Below, in pieces: positions 27,024-34,379 of a stretch of 34,439 nucleotides of DNA. Source of the DNA: an uncultured bacterium (GTDB lineage Bacteria; UBA8481). Location: NCBI GenBank assembly GCA_964499705.1, contig CAZCME010000029.1, forward strand, positions 1 to 34,439, in the 5' to 3' direction. Both the position numbers and the translations under genes were made by a program. Each line of letters begins with the position of its first letter. Position 1 is the first letter of the stretch. The notes beneath the pieces were generated by a model. That model searched no databases and had not been told where the DNA came from. It was given only the letters and a program-made list of their open reading frames with translations.

Positions 27024-27319
27024 ATAGGGGACATTCTCCAACATTGCAACATTGGGATTCTTGAACAAATCTTCCCCATCAAGAAATATCAACAGGATGA
27101 GCAGGATAGGCAGGATCCATCAAGGTGGAAGAAAAGACAATTTCGTCCTGTTATCGGGAAGTGGTTTTCATTCCTCTCAAATCCTGCCTATCCTGCCCAT
27201 CCTGTTAATTTTCCCGCCATCGGTATGGGAACTTCCAATTTTTGAATTCCAAAATGGACCCCGTGCTCATTCGCAACTCGCATGAAGGCAATGTTGTAAT
27301 GTTGGAAAATGTCCCCTAT
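27024..27319. repeat. palindromic REP/MITE-like element, family A, copy 2 (outer shell of a nested composite)
   Basis: 31-bp terminal inverted repeats, 29/31 match: ATAGGGGACATTCTCCAACATTGCAACATTG (27024-27054) / CAATGTTGTAATGTTGGAAAATGTCCCCTAT (27289-27319). Confidence 0.88.
27091..27206. repeat. palindromic element, family B (CAGGAT x3 arms), nested in family A copy 2
   Basis: AACAGGATGAGCAGGATAGGCAGGAT (27091-27116) / ATCCTGCCTATCCTGCCCATCCTGTT (27181-27206), 25/26 match. Confidence 0.88.
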
Positions 27320-28992
27320 CTCAATCCCAGTGAAGCCAGCCTTGCGTTGACCGCGGTGAGGAGTTCCGTCCATGCGGCAAAGGGCATGGTCGGATCGCCC
27401 GCGGCTTCGAATGTGCCGAGCGTGCGGTCGCTCATCTTCAGCATCGCGGTCATCTTCAACTGGCCGCCGATCACTTCGTAGGAACCGTCGACCGTGAACC
27501 TGCCGTTCGGCTGATAGATTCCCCGCTTCTTCCAATCTTTCATGAAGACCGACGGCGTCGCCGGCCCGATCCATGCGAATTTCGGATCGCCGCCCAGGAA
27601 TTGAAACGCGCCGATCCGGACTCCCTTGACGAGCTCGGTCGCGGCGAGCGCCGATGGAAGAGGAGCGGCGGCGTGGACGGCGGATGGAGAAGGAAGATAA
27701 GTGGGAGCCGTGGATCCGGCATACGTGACGGCGACGGAGACGCCTGAACCGGCATCGTACCCCGGGCGCGAAGCGGTCGAGGCGGCTCTTGCCGCGCTCG
27801 GCGTCGTCCCCGATCTCGCCTCCACCGGCGCAACGGGCGCAGCATAGGACGGGGGTGGGACCGTCGAAGCGGCCCGCCGCGCCTGCGGAGGCGTCGGGGG
27901 GGTGTAGGAGACGAGATGTTCTTTCTGCTTGGTGGGTTTGGAGACCGGTTCGCCGAACCGGGCCGTGAGTGAAAACCTGTGATTGGATCCGAGCAATTCG
28001 AAGGGCACGTAGGCATAATCCATCGTGATACCCGCGAGCGTGACGCCGATGCCGGCCGTCGGGCCCCGGAAATCCGTGGTGTTATTGTCGAAGCGGTATC
28101 CTCCGCGGAGCGCGACCTGCGGGATCGGGTAGAATTCCACGCCGGAGTTCAGGATGGGAGTGTTGTCGATTGGGAGGTTCAGGTCCATGCCGAGGCGGAG
28201 CTTCTGGTCCATGAGAAACGCCGCGCCCGAGAGCTTGAAGTTGATCGGAAGCGGATCGGCCTCGTCGCGGAACTTGGAGAGGAACCCGAGATTCTGCACA
28301 GCGGCGCCCACGCGCCAGTTTCTCTGGACGGGCGCGTATATGATGCCCGCGTCGTACGCCAGGCCGCTGGCTTCCTCCGAACCGATCGACTGCTGGATGA
28401 GTTTCACCGTCATGCCCCACTGGAACATCTTGTTCCAGAGATAAAACTCGTCCGCATAGGCGATGGACAAGGCCTGGTCCTGCGCCGTGAACGTGCCGGA
28501 TGTCGAGAAGGGATTGGCGGCGCCCGGCGCATTGAGGATGGTCCGGTCGATTTTGCCGAAATCGACCAGCGTGTAATTGACCGCGATGTTCCCGAGCGGA
28601 TCCGGCAGCGGCTGCGCGTAGAAAAGCGAGTTGAGGCGGATATCGGCCACGAGGTTGGCATGGACGAATTGCGCTTCCTTGCGGCGGATATAACCCAGAC
28701 CGGCCGGATTGGAGAAGATGACTCCCGCGTCGTCGCCGAGCGCGCCGTATGCTTCTCCCAGAGCGGCCAGCCGCGGAGAAACGCCGACCTTCAGGAAGGC
28801 GGCGCCCGTGGTGCCCGCATCCTCATTGCCGAGCGCAAGAGCGGGAAGGCCAGGGTAACCACAAAGACACGAAGACACGAACATGATGATGATGGAACGG
28901 AGCGACAATCCAGGCGATGCAATCGAAAAGCGCGCTCGACAGCAATTAATTTGAATTTCCCTTCGTGTCTTCGTATCTTTGTGGTTAATCAT
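27316..28992 (-). CDS. PorV/PorQ-family outer-membrane beta-barrel + Pro/Ala linker + small C-terminal alpha/beta domain
   Basis: GTTGAAFLKVGVSPRLAALGEAY.AL.DD....FSNPAGL, D.G..Y, G..VQNLG, LP.NFKL, ALRGGY, MDYAYVPF..LGSNHRFSL. Start put at ATG 28992, 2 nt after the upstream stop; the ORF extension to 29433 overlaps the upstream gene. Confidence 0.82.
   Translation of the reverse strand: MINHKDTKTRREIQINCCRARFSIASPGLSLRSIIIMFVSSCLCGYPGLPALALGNEDAGTTGAAFLKVGVSPRLAALGEAYGALGDDAGVIFSNPAGLGYIRRKEAQFVHANLVADIRLNSLFYAQPLPDPLGNIAVNYTLVDFGKIDRTILNAPGAANPFSTSGTFTAQDQALSIAYADEFYLWNKMFQWGMTVKLIQQSIGSEEASGLAYDAGIIYAPVQRNWRVGAAVQNLGFLSKFRDEADPLPINFKLSGAAFLMDQKLRLGMDLNLPIDNTPILNSGVEFYPIPQVALRGGYRFDNNTTDFRGPTAGIGVTLAGITMDYAYVPFELLGSNHRFSLTARFGEPVSKPTKQKEHLVSYTPPTPPQARRAASTVPPPSYAAPVAPVEARSGTTPSAARAASTASRPGYDAGSGVSVAVTYAGSTAPTYLPSPSAVHAAAPLPSALAATELVKGVRIGAFQFLGGDPKFAWIGPATPSVFMKDWKKRGIYQPNGRFTVDGSYEVIGGQLKMTAMLKMSDRTLGTFEAAGDPTMPFAAWTELLTAVNARLASLGLR
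28856..28987. repeat. palindromic element, family C (ACGAAGAC-type arms), 132 bp, inside the 5' coding region of the PorV-like gene
   Basis: TAACCACAAAGACACGAAGACACGAA (28856-28881) / TTCGTGTCTTCGTATCTTTGTGGTTA (28962-28987), 25/26 match. Confidence 0.88.
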
Positions 28993-28994
28993 CC

Positions 28995-31844
28995 TCACTT
29001 GATGATCGCCACCTTCCCGACCTTCACCTGGCCGTTGGCACGGATCCAGAAGAGGTAGACGCCCGAGGCGACATCGCGGCCGTGATCGTTCTTCGCGTCC
29101 CACTTGCCGATGATGTTGATGCCGTCCGATTCGAATTCCCGGGCATCGGTCCGGTCCAGCGTCCTGACGCGTTCGCCGGCGATATTGAAGATCTCGATCC
29201 GCTCCGTGGATGTCGGGATGAAAGCGAATGTGACGACGGCGGGAGGCGGGTGTCCGGCGGCGATGTAATCGCGCGCATTGAACGGATTGGGATAGACGGC
29301 GATGCGATCGAGGTTCGTGATCGTCCCGGCCGCGGCCAGTACGGTCCAGATGGAGAACTCCGACGTGATGATCCGGACCTTGTCGCTGTCCGTCTCGACC
29401 CACTGCGTCTTCTCCGTGTTCGGCTTGCTCCACTCGACTCCCGTCTCATCGAGCTTCCTGACGACAAGCGTGTTCTCCTTGATGACGCCGGGCGACATGA
29501 GCGTGCTGCTGTCATAAGTACGGTAGGGAATCCGCAGGTGAACCTCGGCAAAGTAATTCGCCGGCGCCTTGGCTCCGTTGGGCCTCCGGACCGTGACCTG
29601 CCGGACCGCGGACAGTGTGTCGGGGAAGACGCCTCCGGAAATGGGCTTGTAGGCGGGATTGAAGAACATCTTGCTGTTGGCCGCGTGAATTTTTTCCAGG
29701 GCGATCATCCGGTCCGAATCGTTGAAGTGCGCCATCGTCCAGATCTCGTCGTAGTTCAGGATCTCCACGGTGAAGTAGGTGTCGCCGTAAGTCAGGTTCC
29801 ATGCCCACTCGGGGATCTCGACGATCGTGACGCCGGTGGAATCGAAAACCTGCGTCACGATCGTGTCCGTGGCTCCACGGATATCGCAGTAGGCTAGGTT
29901 GGATCCGGAGGATTCCCTGCCGTCGGATGAGACGGAGAAGACGCGCGCGTAATAGCGGACGTTGGTCTGGAGTCCCGAAGACTCGCCGAACGTGGAACCG
30001 ACGCCTGTGTTGGTGAGCTTGGCGCTCGGATCGCCCCAGAGCACCTTGGAGATATCGGAGTCGAAGAAAATCTCGAAGTGATCGACGAGGTGGATATTCT
30101 GCGCGGGCGGCAGGAACTGGATGTACGCCTTGGTGTCCCAAGCCGTCGCGTTGACGGCGATCGGTGGGAGAAGCGGCGGCGGGAACGGCGTGGAAACGGA
30201 CAGCTTCGCGGTGGTCGTGAGCGGTTGTCCGTTAGGCTGCGTCCACTCCAGCATGTTCCACTCGTTATTGTCGGAGTCTCCCGTGAGTTTGTTGATCACA
30301 TCGCGGGCGGGATCGTTGCCGCTGCCGCCCGTCGAATACGCCTCCAGCCAGAGGCGGGGAACGACACCCGACGGCCAGGTGTAGGGCACCGCGACTTCGA
30401 TCCAGGATGTCTCGCCGTCCGTGGAGGCGGCGACGTTGTACGTGTTTCCCTGCGAAAACCAGTCCGAGCCGTTCCAGTAATAGAGCTCCGCGACATTGGC
30501 GGGCGGCCCCGTGGCATCGTTGGATGAATGAAGGACAAGAGCGTATTCGGGACGATGTCCCGGAAAGGCGATGTTTTTATAATTGGAGCCGAGGTTGGAG
30601 TATTTCATCGTGGGCGCGCCGTTGGTGTCTCCGTTGACATCGATGAGGATGACATAACGGCCCCAGACATTCTGGAAGATGTTGTCCGGGATTTCGAGCG
30701 CGAAATAAAAATTCGCGTCATCGCGCGTCGCCCACATTCTCGTGAGATCGAGGTTGGCCAGGTTCTGGTCGCCGTTCGGGTCCGTGGCGATCGGGGAGCC
30801 GTACATGCCCTCGATCGAGCCGTCCACTTCGACGGCCGGCGCCACCCACTTGACGACCGAATAACCGCCGGACCAGCTCAACTGCTGTGTCTCCGTGTTG
30901 GTCATGCCATACGCGTTCCGCGTGCGAACCGTATAGACAAAGACGGAATCGGGGGCGGCCACGATCTCGGTATCATAGAAATAGGCTGGAGAATTCCAGG
31001 GGCTGCCGGGATCGGGGGAGAAGATCGGCCAACCGGTGACGGGCGTCGTGATGTTCTGAAATGTGAGGCTCGTCAAAGGCAGGAGAGGATTGGATTCGGC
31101 ACGGAGAATTTCAAAGCCATAGGCAGGGGAGACACCGGAAAGAAATGTCGAGGCTCCTTCCACGTGAGGAACCAGACCGTTGCCCATGTTGATTTCCCAC
31201 GAAAGCCGCGCCCGGCCTGCTCCCAACTGGAGCGCGGCGACGTTGTAGTTGTTGGTCTCGTCCCTGCCGGACGTGTCGTCATCGGTGGTCGGAGAGATGC
31301 GCAGCGCGGCCTGCCAGTTGGCGAGGAAAGGATTGGCAATGGTGAGCGTGGTGTCTCCGCTCTGGCCTCCCCACACCGACCGATCACCATAGACATTGTA
31401 GACGACATATCCATTGCCGGCGCCGACCGGGATCGTGACGGTGCGGACGCGATTCGCGTCGTCGTTTCTTGCTCCGCTGTGCTCGCTGTACAGGAACGAC
31501 TGCGACGAATCCGTCTCGTCGTAGACGGGAATGCGATATTCGAAGTAGTAGTTGTAGGTGCCACCGGGGTAGACGGTGGCAAGGCCGGCCCAGGAGCCGT
31601 CGCCTAGGGGAGTCAGGACGAATCCGAGTTTCGTGTCCGTGGCTCCGGTGTTTCCATCCTGCACTATGACGGAAGTGGCGCCCGGCGGGACGGACGTGCC
31701 CGTGAACATGATCGCCTTTGGCATGTCGCCGAAAGGTTTCTGGACGGGAACGGCATGGGAAGCGGGAGCGAGTGTCAGAAAACAGGAGGAAAGGAAAAGC
31801 GCGCGCAGAGGAGTGTAATCTGAGAGTCGGAGGTCACCTTTCAC
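28995..31844 (-). CDS. large secreted multidomain protein: signal peptide, unknown N-domain, DOMON/glucodextranase-like domain, FN3-like domain, ZU5-like region, C-terminal FlgD-Ig/T9SS-type sorting domain
   Basis: Signal ALFLSSCFLTLAPASHA|VP; 'VDG......DP.GD....LDLT.MW...D..NFYF.L'; FN3-like 'P..V.A......I.F....Y..RV.SV...G.ES..SN'; CTD 'VYPNPF...IEIFNIAGERVRTL...WDAKND.GRDVASGVYLF...KVAIIK'. Start uncertain (GTG 31844; ORF open to 31904). Confidence 0.8.
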   Translation of the reverse strand: MKGDLRLSDYTPLRALFLSSCFLTLAPASHAVPVQKPFGDMPKAIMFTGTSVPPGATSVIVQDGNTGATDTKLGFVLTPLGDGSWAGLATVYPGGTYNYYFEYRIPVYDETDSSQSFLYSEHSGARNDDANRVRTVTIPVGAGNGYVVYNVYGDRSVWGGQSGDTTLTIANPFLANWQAALRISPTTDDDTSGRDETNNYNVAALQLGAGRARLSWEINMGNGLVPHVEGASTFLSGVSPAYGFEILRAESNPLLPLTSLTFQNITTPVTGWPIFSPDPGSPWNSPAYFYDTEIVAAPDSVFVYTVRTRNAYGMTNTETQQLSWSGGYSVVKWVAPAVEVDGSIEGMYGSPIATDPNGDQNLANLDLTRMWATRDDANFYFALEIPDNIFQNVWGRYVILIDVNGDTNGAPTMKYSNLGSNYKNIAFPGHRPEYALVLHSSNDATGPPANVAELYYWNGSDWFSQGNTYNVAASTDGETSWIEVAVPYTWPSGVVPRLWLEAYSTGGSGNDPARDVINKLTGDSDNNEWNMLEWTQPNGQPLTTTAKLSVSTPFPPPLLPPIAVNATAWDTKAYIQFLPPAQNIHLVDHFEIFFDSDISKVLWGDPSAKLTNTGVGSTFGESSGLQTNVRYYARVFSVSSDGRESSGSNLAYCDIRGATDTIVTQVFDSTGVTIVEIPEWAWNLTYGDTYFTVEILNYDEIWTMAHFNDSDRMIALEKIHAANSKMFFNPAYKPISGGVFPDTLSAVRQVTVRRPNGAKAPANYFAEVHLRIPYRTYDSSTLMSPGVIKENTLVVRKLDETGVEWSKPNTEKTQWVETDSDKVRIITSEFSIWTVLAAAGTITNLDRIAVYPNPFNARDYIAAGHPPPAVVTFAFIPTSTERIEIFNIAGERVRTLDRTDAREFESDGINIIGKWDAKNDHGRDVASGVYLFWIRANGQVKVGKVAIIK

Positions 31845-32061
31845 GCGCGGCAAGCGCGGTCTACGGGCGGAACCATTGTGCTGGTGAAGAGAGTGTGGCA
31901 GCACAACCCGGGCATCCTTTCCATTCGAACGACCTCATGACCATCGTATGTAAGACACTAGGGGTGAGAATCAGGACGCACGGCGAGAACTCGCCATCCA
32001 TGCGCTTCGAATCCCACCCGGATTCCCGGTTGTCGCGTTCGGTGAAACGCTGAACCGGTTT

Positions 32062-32114
32062 AAAAAAGTGCGCTCCTCCGGGCTGCTATGCTTCCTTCAG
32101 CCTGGAAGAGCGCA
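32062..32114 (-). terminator. intrinsic terminator downstream of the 407-aa gene
   Basis: Minus strand GCGCTCTTCCAGGCTG...CAGCCCGGAGGAGCGC followed by ACTTTTTT; a second GC hairpin at 32116-32152 precedes it. Confidence 0.65.
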
Positions 32115-32173
32115 TTGCGCCTCCCCGCCTCGTGGTGGCGGGGAAGGGCGCATGCACGCGGGACCGGAACAAA

Positions 32174-33397
32174 TCAGCCTGTGATGTTCCTCTGGACTCG
32201 AACAACCGTTGCGGGTTGACGCAGATCGGGGCGACGAACGCCGTCGATGTACGGAGTCAGATAGACCTTGCCTTCCTTCTGGCCTTCGCCGTTCGGGAAG
32301 ACGACATTCTCGTCGTAGTGTTCGACGATGAAGAAGACGCGAATCGCGGGGCTGCGGGTGACGGTGTCGTAACCGCCGCTGAAATTCTGGCGCGTCGTGT
32401 CGTTCTGATAGTGGCCGTAGGCGTTGTACCAGGTGACGAGGTACAGGAACGTGGAGACGGTATCGGGCATGGAGGTGTCCGTGATCGATGTTGTTGCGTC
32501 ATATTCCACTTCGTTGTTATCGGACCAGTTCGTATCGGTGCCGAGGATGGCCGTCGTGCGATCGACGAAGACGGCGCCGACGATGCCGCCCGTCGGGGAG
32601 TCGGAGCGCCAGATTCTATAGCCGTACTGGGAAGAACCGCCGCTTCTGGCACCGGCCGCGTAAGGACCGAAGCGTCGAGCGCCGTCCACGGTCGGGAGGA
32701 AATTCTGGCCCAGACCAGCCTGGTATTCCCATGTGAGTGTGAAGGCCGAATCGCCCGTCTGAACGGCGTCGAAGCCGTAGGCGTTTTCGCCGCCATAGTT
32801 GGCGAAGGACGTATCGCCGGAGGAGCTGACTACGGTCAGGTTGAAGTCAGTGCCGACCGTATCCGCCGTCAGGTAAGGATTAGCGCTGCTCAACGCGCCG
32901 TCGATGCCTTGGCGTCCGAGTACGGTCTGATCGCCCCAAGCGTTGTAGATGGTGTAACCGTGAGTCGCGGTTGAGGGAATCGTGATCGTCTTGGCCTTTG
33001 CATTGTCGGCTGTCGTGCGGCCGTCATTGGGGGCTGTCGTGTACCAGGAAACGCGGGAGTCTCCCGCGGTAAAATCGTATTCCTTGATACGGTAAGAGAA
33101 GTAATAGGTATACGAAGCGCCCGGGAAGACGGCGGCGGTGCAGGCATAGGAGCCGTCACCGATCGGAGTCATGAGAGCTCCGGACTCCATCGCTGTCGCG
33201 CTGTTACCGCGGAGGATGTTGTGAATCGTGCCGCTATCGCTCGACGACGTCGGTTTGGACGTGCCGGTGAAGAGAATCGCCTTCGGCATGGAATCGCTGC
33301 CGAACGGCGCCTGCACCGGGATCGCGAATGCTGGCAGCGAACCCAGAAAAACAAAGACCAGCGCCCACGCGGCTGATCGGCCCAATAACCTGTCCAT
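32174..33397 (-). CDS. secreted hypothetical protein, paralog of the N-terminal region of the 28995-31844 protein
   Basis: Signal peptide AAWALVFVFLGSLPAFA|IP; GGAGGT RBS; shared motifs PVQ.PFG..MPKAI.FTGTS, TP.GDGS, PG..Y.YYF.YRI..YD, YN..GD..V.G, ANP.L, YG..I.R, NAYG, SGGY. Confidence 0.8.
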   Translation of the reverse strand: MDRLLGRSAAWALVFVFLGSLPAFAIPVQAPFGSDSMPKAILFTGTSKPTSSSDSGTIHNILRGNSATAMESGALMTPIGDGSYACTAAVFPGASYTYYFSYRIKEYDFTAGDSRVSWYTTAPNDGRTTADNAKAKTITIPSTATHGYTIYNAWGDQTVLGRQGIDGALSSANPYLTADTVGTDFNLTVVSSSGDTSFANYGGENAYGFDAVQTGDSAFTLTWEYQAGLGQNFLPTVDGARRFGPYAAGARSGGSSQYGYRIWRSDSPTGGIVGAVFVDRTTAILGTDTNWSDNNEVEYDATTSITDTSMPDTVSTFLYLVTWYNAYGHYQNDTTRQNFSGGYDTVTRSPAIRVFFIVEHYDENVVFPNGEGQKEGKVYLTPYIDGVRRPDLRQPATVVRVQRNITG

Positions 33398-33466
33398 TAC
33401 ACCTACCTCCGATTGTATTTGTTATGAGCGAGCTACGGCGCACGCTCTCCGGTCCCACCGGCGTGA

Positions 33467-33496
33467 ATATTAGATGATTTGTTTCAATTGTGTCAA
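33467..33496 (-). promoter_or_regulatory. putative sigma-70 promoter for the secreted-protein locus
   Basis: Minus strand TTGACA (33496-33491)-N18-TAATAT (33472-33467), with an AT-rich UP-like tract upstream. Confidence 0.6.
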
Positions 33497-33634
33497 GTAT
33501 TTTACTAAATTTTTGTTTGTATTCTTTTTTACAGACCGTTACATACTGATTACATGTAACTTACGGTCAATTAAACTTGCGGGCAGCCCGTTTGATTTCA
33601 GTACTTTTTTTGAATTCCGGGAAAGTGACTATTG

Positions 33635-33671
33635 TGCAATCGATTGCATGAAATTGCATGATGCTTGCATG
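33635..33671. promoter_or_regulatory. LacI-type operator-like palindrome plus phased TTGCATG repeats
   Basis: Perfect TGCAATCGATTGCA (33635-33648); TTGCATG at 33644, 33654 and 33665. Confidence 0.5.
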
Positions 33672-33816
33672 GAGATCGTTGTGGTGGTTTGCGGAGAATG
33701 AAAATGGAGTCGTGCGTCGTCGCGGAATATGGTTCATCGAACGGGAGGGTTGATTAAGTCGAAGCGTCGCGGGAGTGGCGTGATGCCCGGAGAGTACCGT
33801 AGGGAGGCATTCCGGG

Positions 33817-33872
33817 AAATTTAAAATATTTTCATTTTAGCCATTGACATTCACGTGCCCGATCCATATACT
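33817..33872 (+). promoter_or_regulatory. rRNA operon sigma-70 promoter with UP element
   Basis: TTGACA (33844-33849)-N17-TATACT (33867-33872), preceded by the AT tract AAATTTAAAATATTTTCATTTT. Confidence 0.88.
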
Positions 33873-34173
33873 CATTCCGTTCAGTCGCAGCACCGTTTCA
33901 GATGAAGCCTCCGCAACGACGCTTCAACCACTCTTTGGAGGAGCCTGGCGGGACTGGACGCGCAAGAATATCGAACTCCGCTCCCTTTGCGCTTCCGGCG
34001 CGGACCGAGCCGGTGGAACGCTCTATTCGCCCAACTGAATATTGTGAATGCAAAACATTCCGCGGACGACCGACGCCGTGAAAGGCGCACGATGATTCAT
34101 CGGTGCGCGCTTCCGGCGGTTTCGATCCTGCGCGGTTCTCCGTCCTCCTGCAGCGTGGCGACAGACGGAGAAG

Positions 34174-34185
34174 GGTCTTTGAAAA
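34174..34185 (+). promoter_or_regulatory. rrn leader boxA antitermination element
   Basis: GGTCTTTGAAAA(CTGAAT) about 200 nt upstream of the 16S gene, preceded by a hairpin. Confidence 0.75.
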
Positions 34186-34379
34186 CTGAATCTAGACAGT
34201 CGAAAGTCCGGAAGCGGACAGCTTCCGGAGAATATTTTCGATACACAATTTTAGAAAGCACTTTTCTGAGCATGATTCCACCCCTGTGGGATCACAGCTG
34301 GAGAATTGCCAGTAGTTTTCAATTGAGCCGATCGTTTCTCCGTTCCAACGGAGATGGCTCTCTCGATAGACTTTAAAAA

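Noticed and set aside
28993-29433. N-terminal 147-aa extension of the PorV-like ORF
   Set aside because: Overlaps the CTD-coding end of the upstream gene in another frame; ATG 28992 right after the stop is more plausible.
31910-32050. 6S RNA or tRNA
   Set aside because: The bubble is one-sided and the element is short for 6S; no cloverleaf or properly placed T-loop.
33474-33701. 75-aa ORF, or oriC/dif site, in the AT-rich region
   Set aside because: The ORF has atypical composition and overlaps promoter elements; no DnaA-box array and a poor match to XerC/XerD arms.
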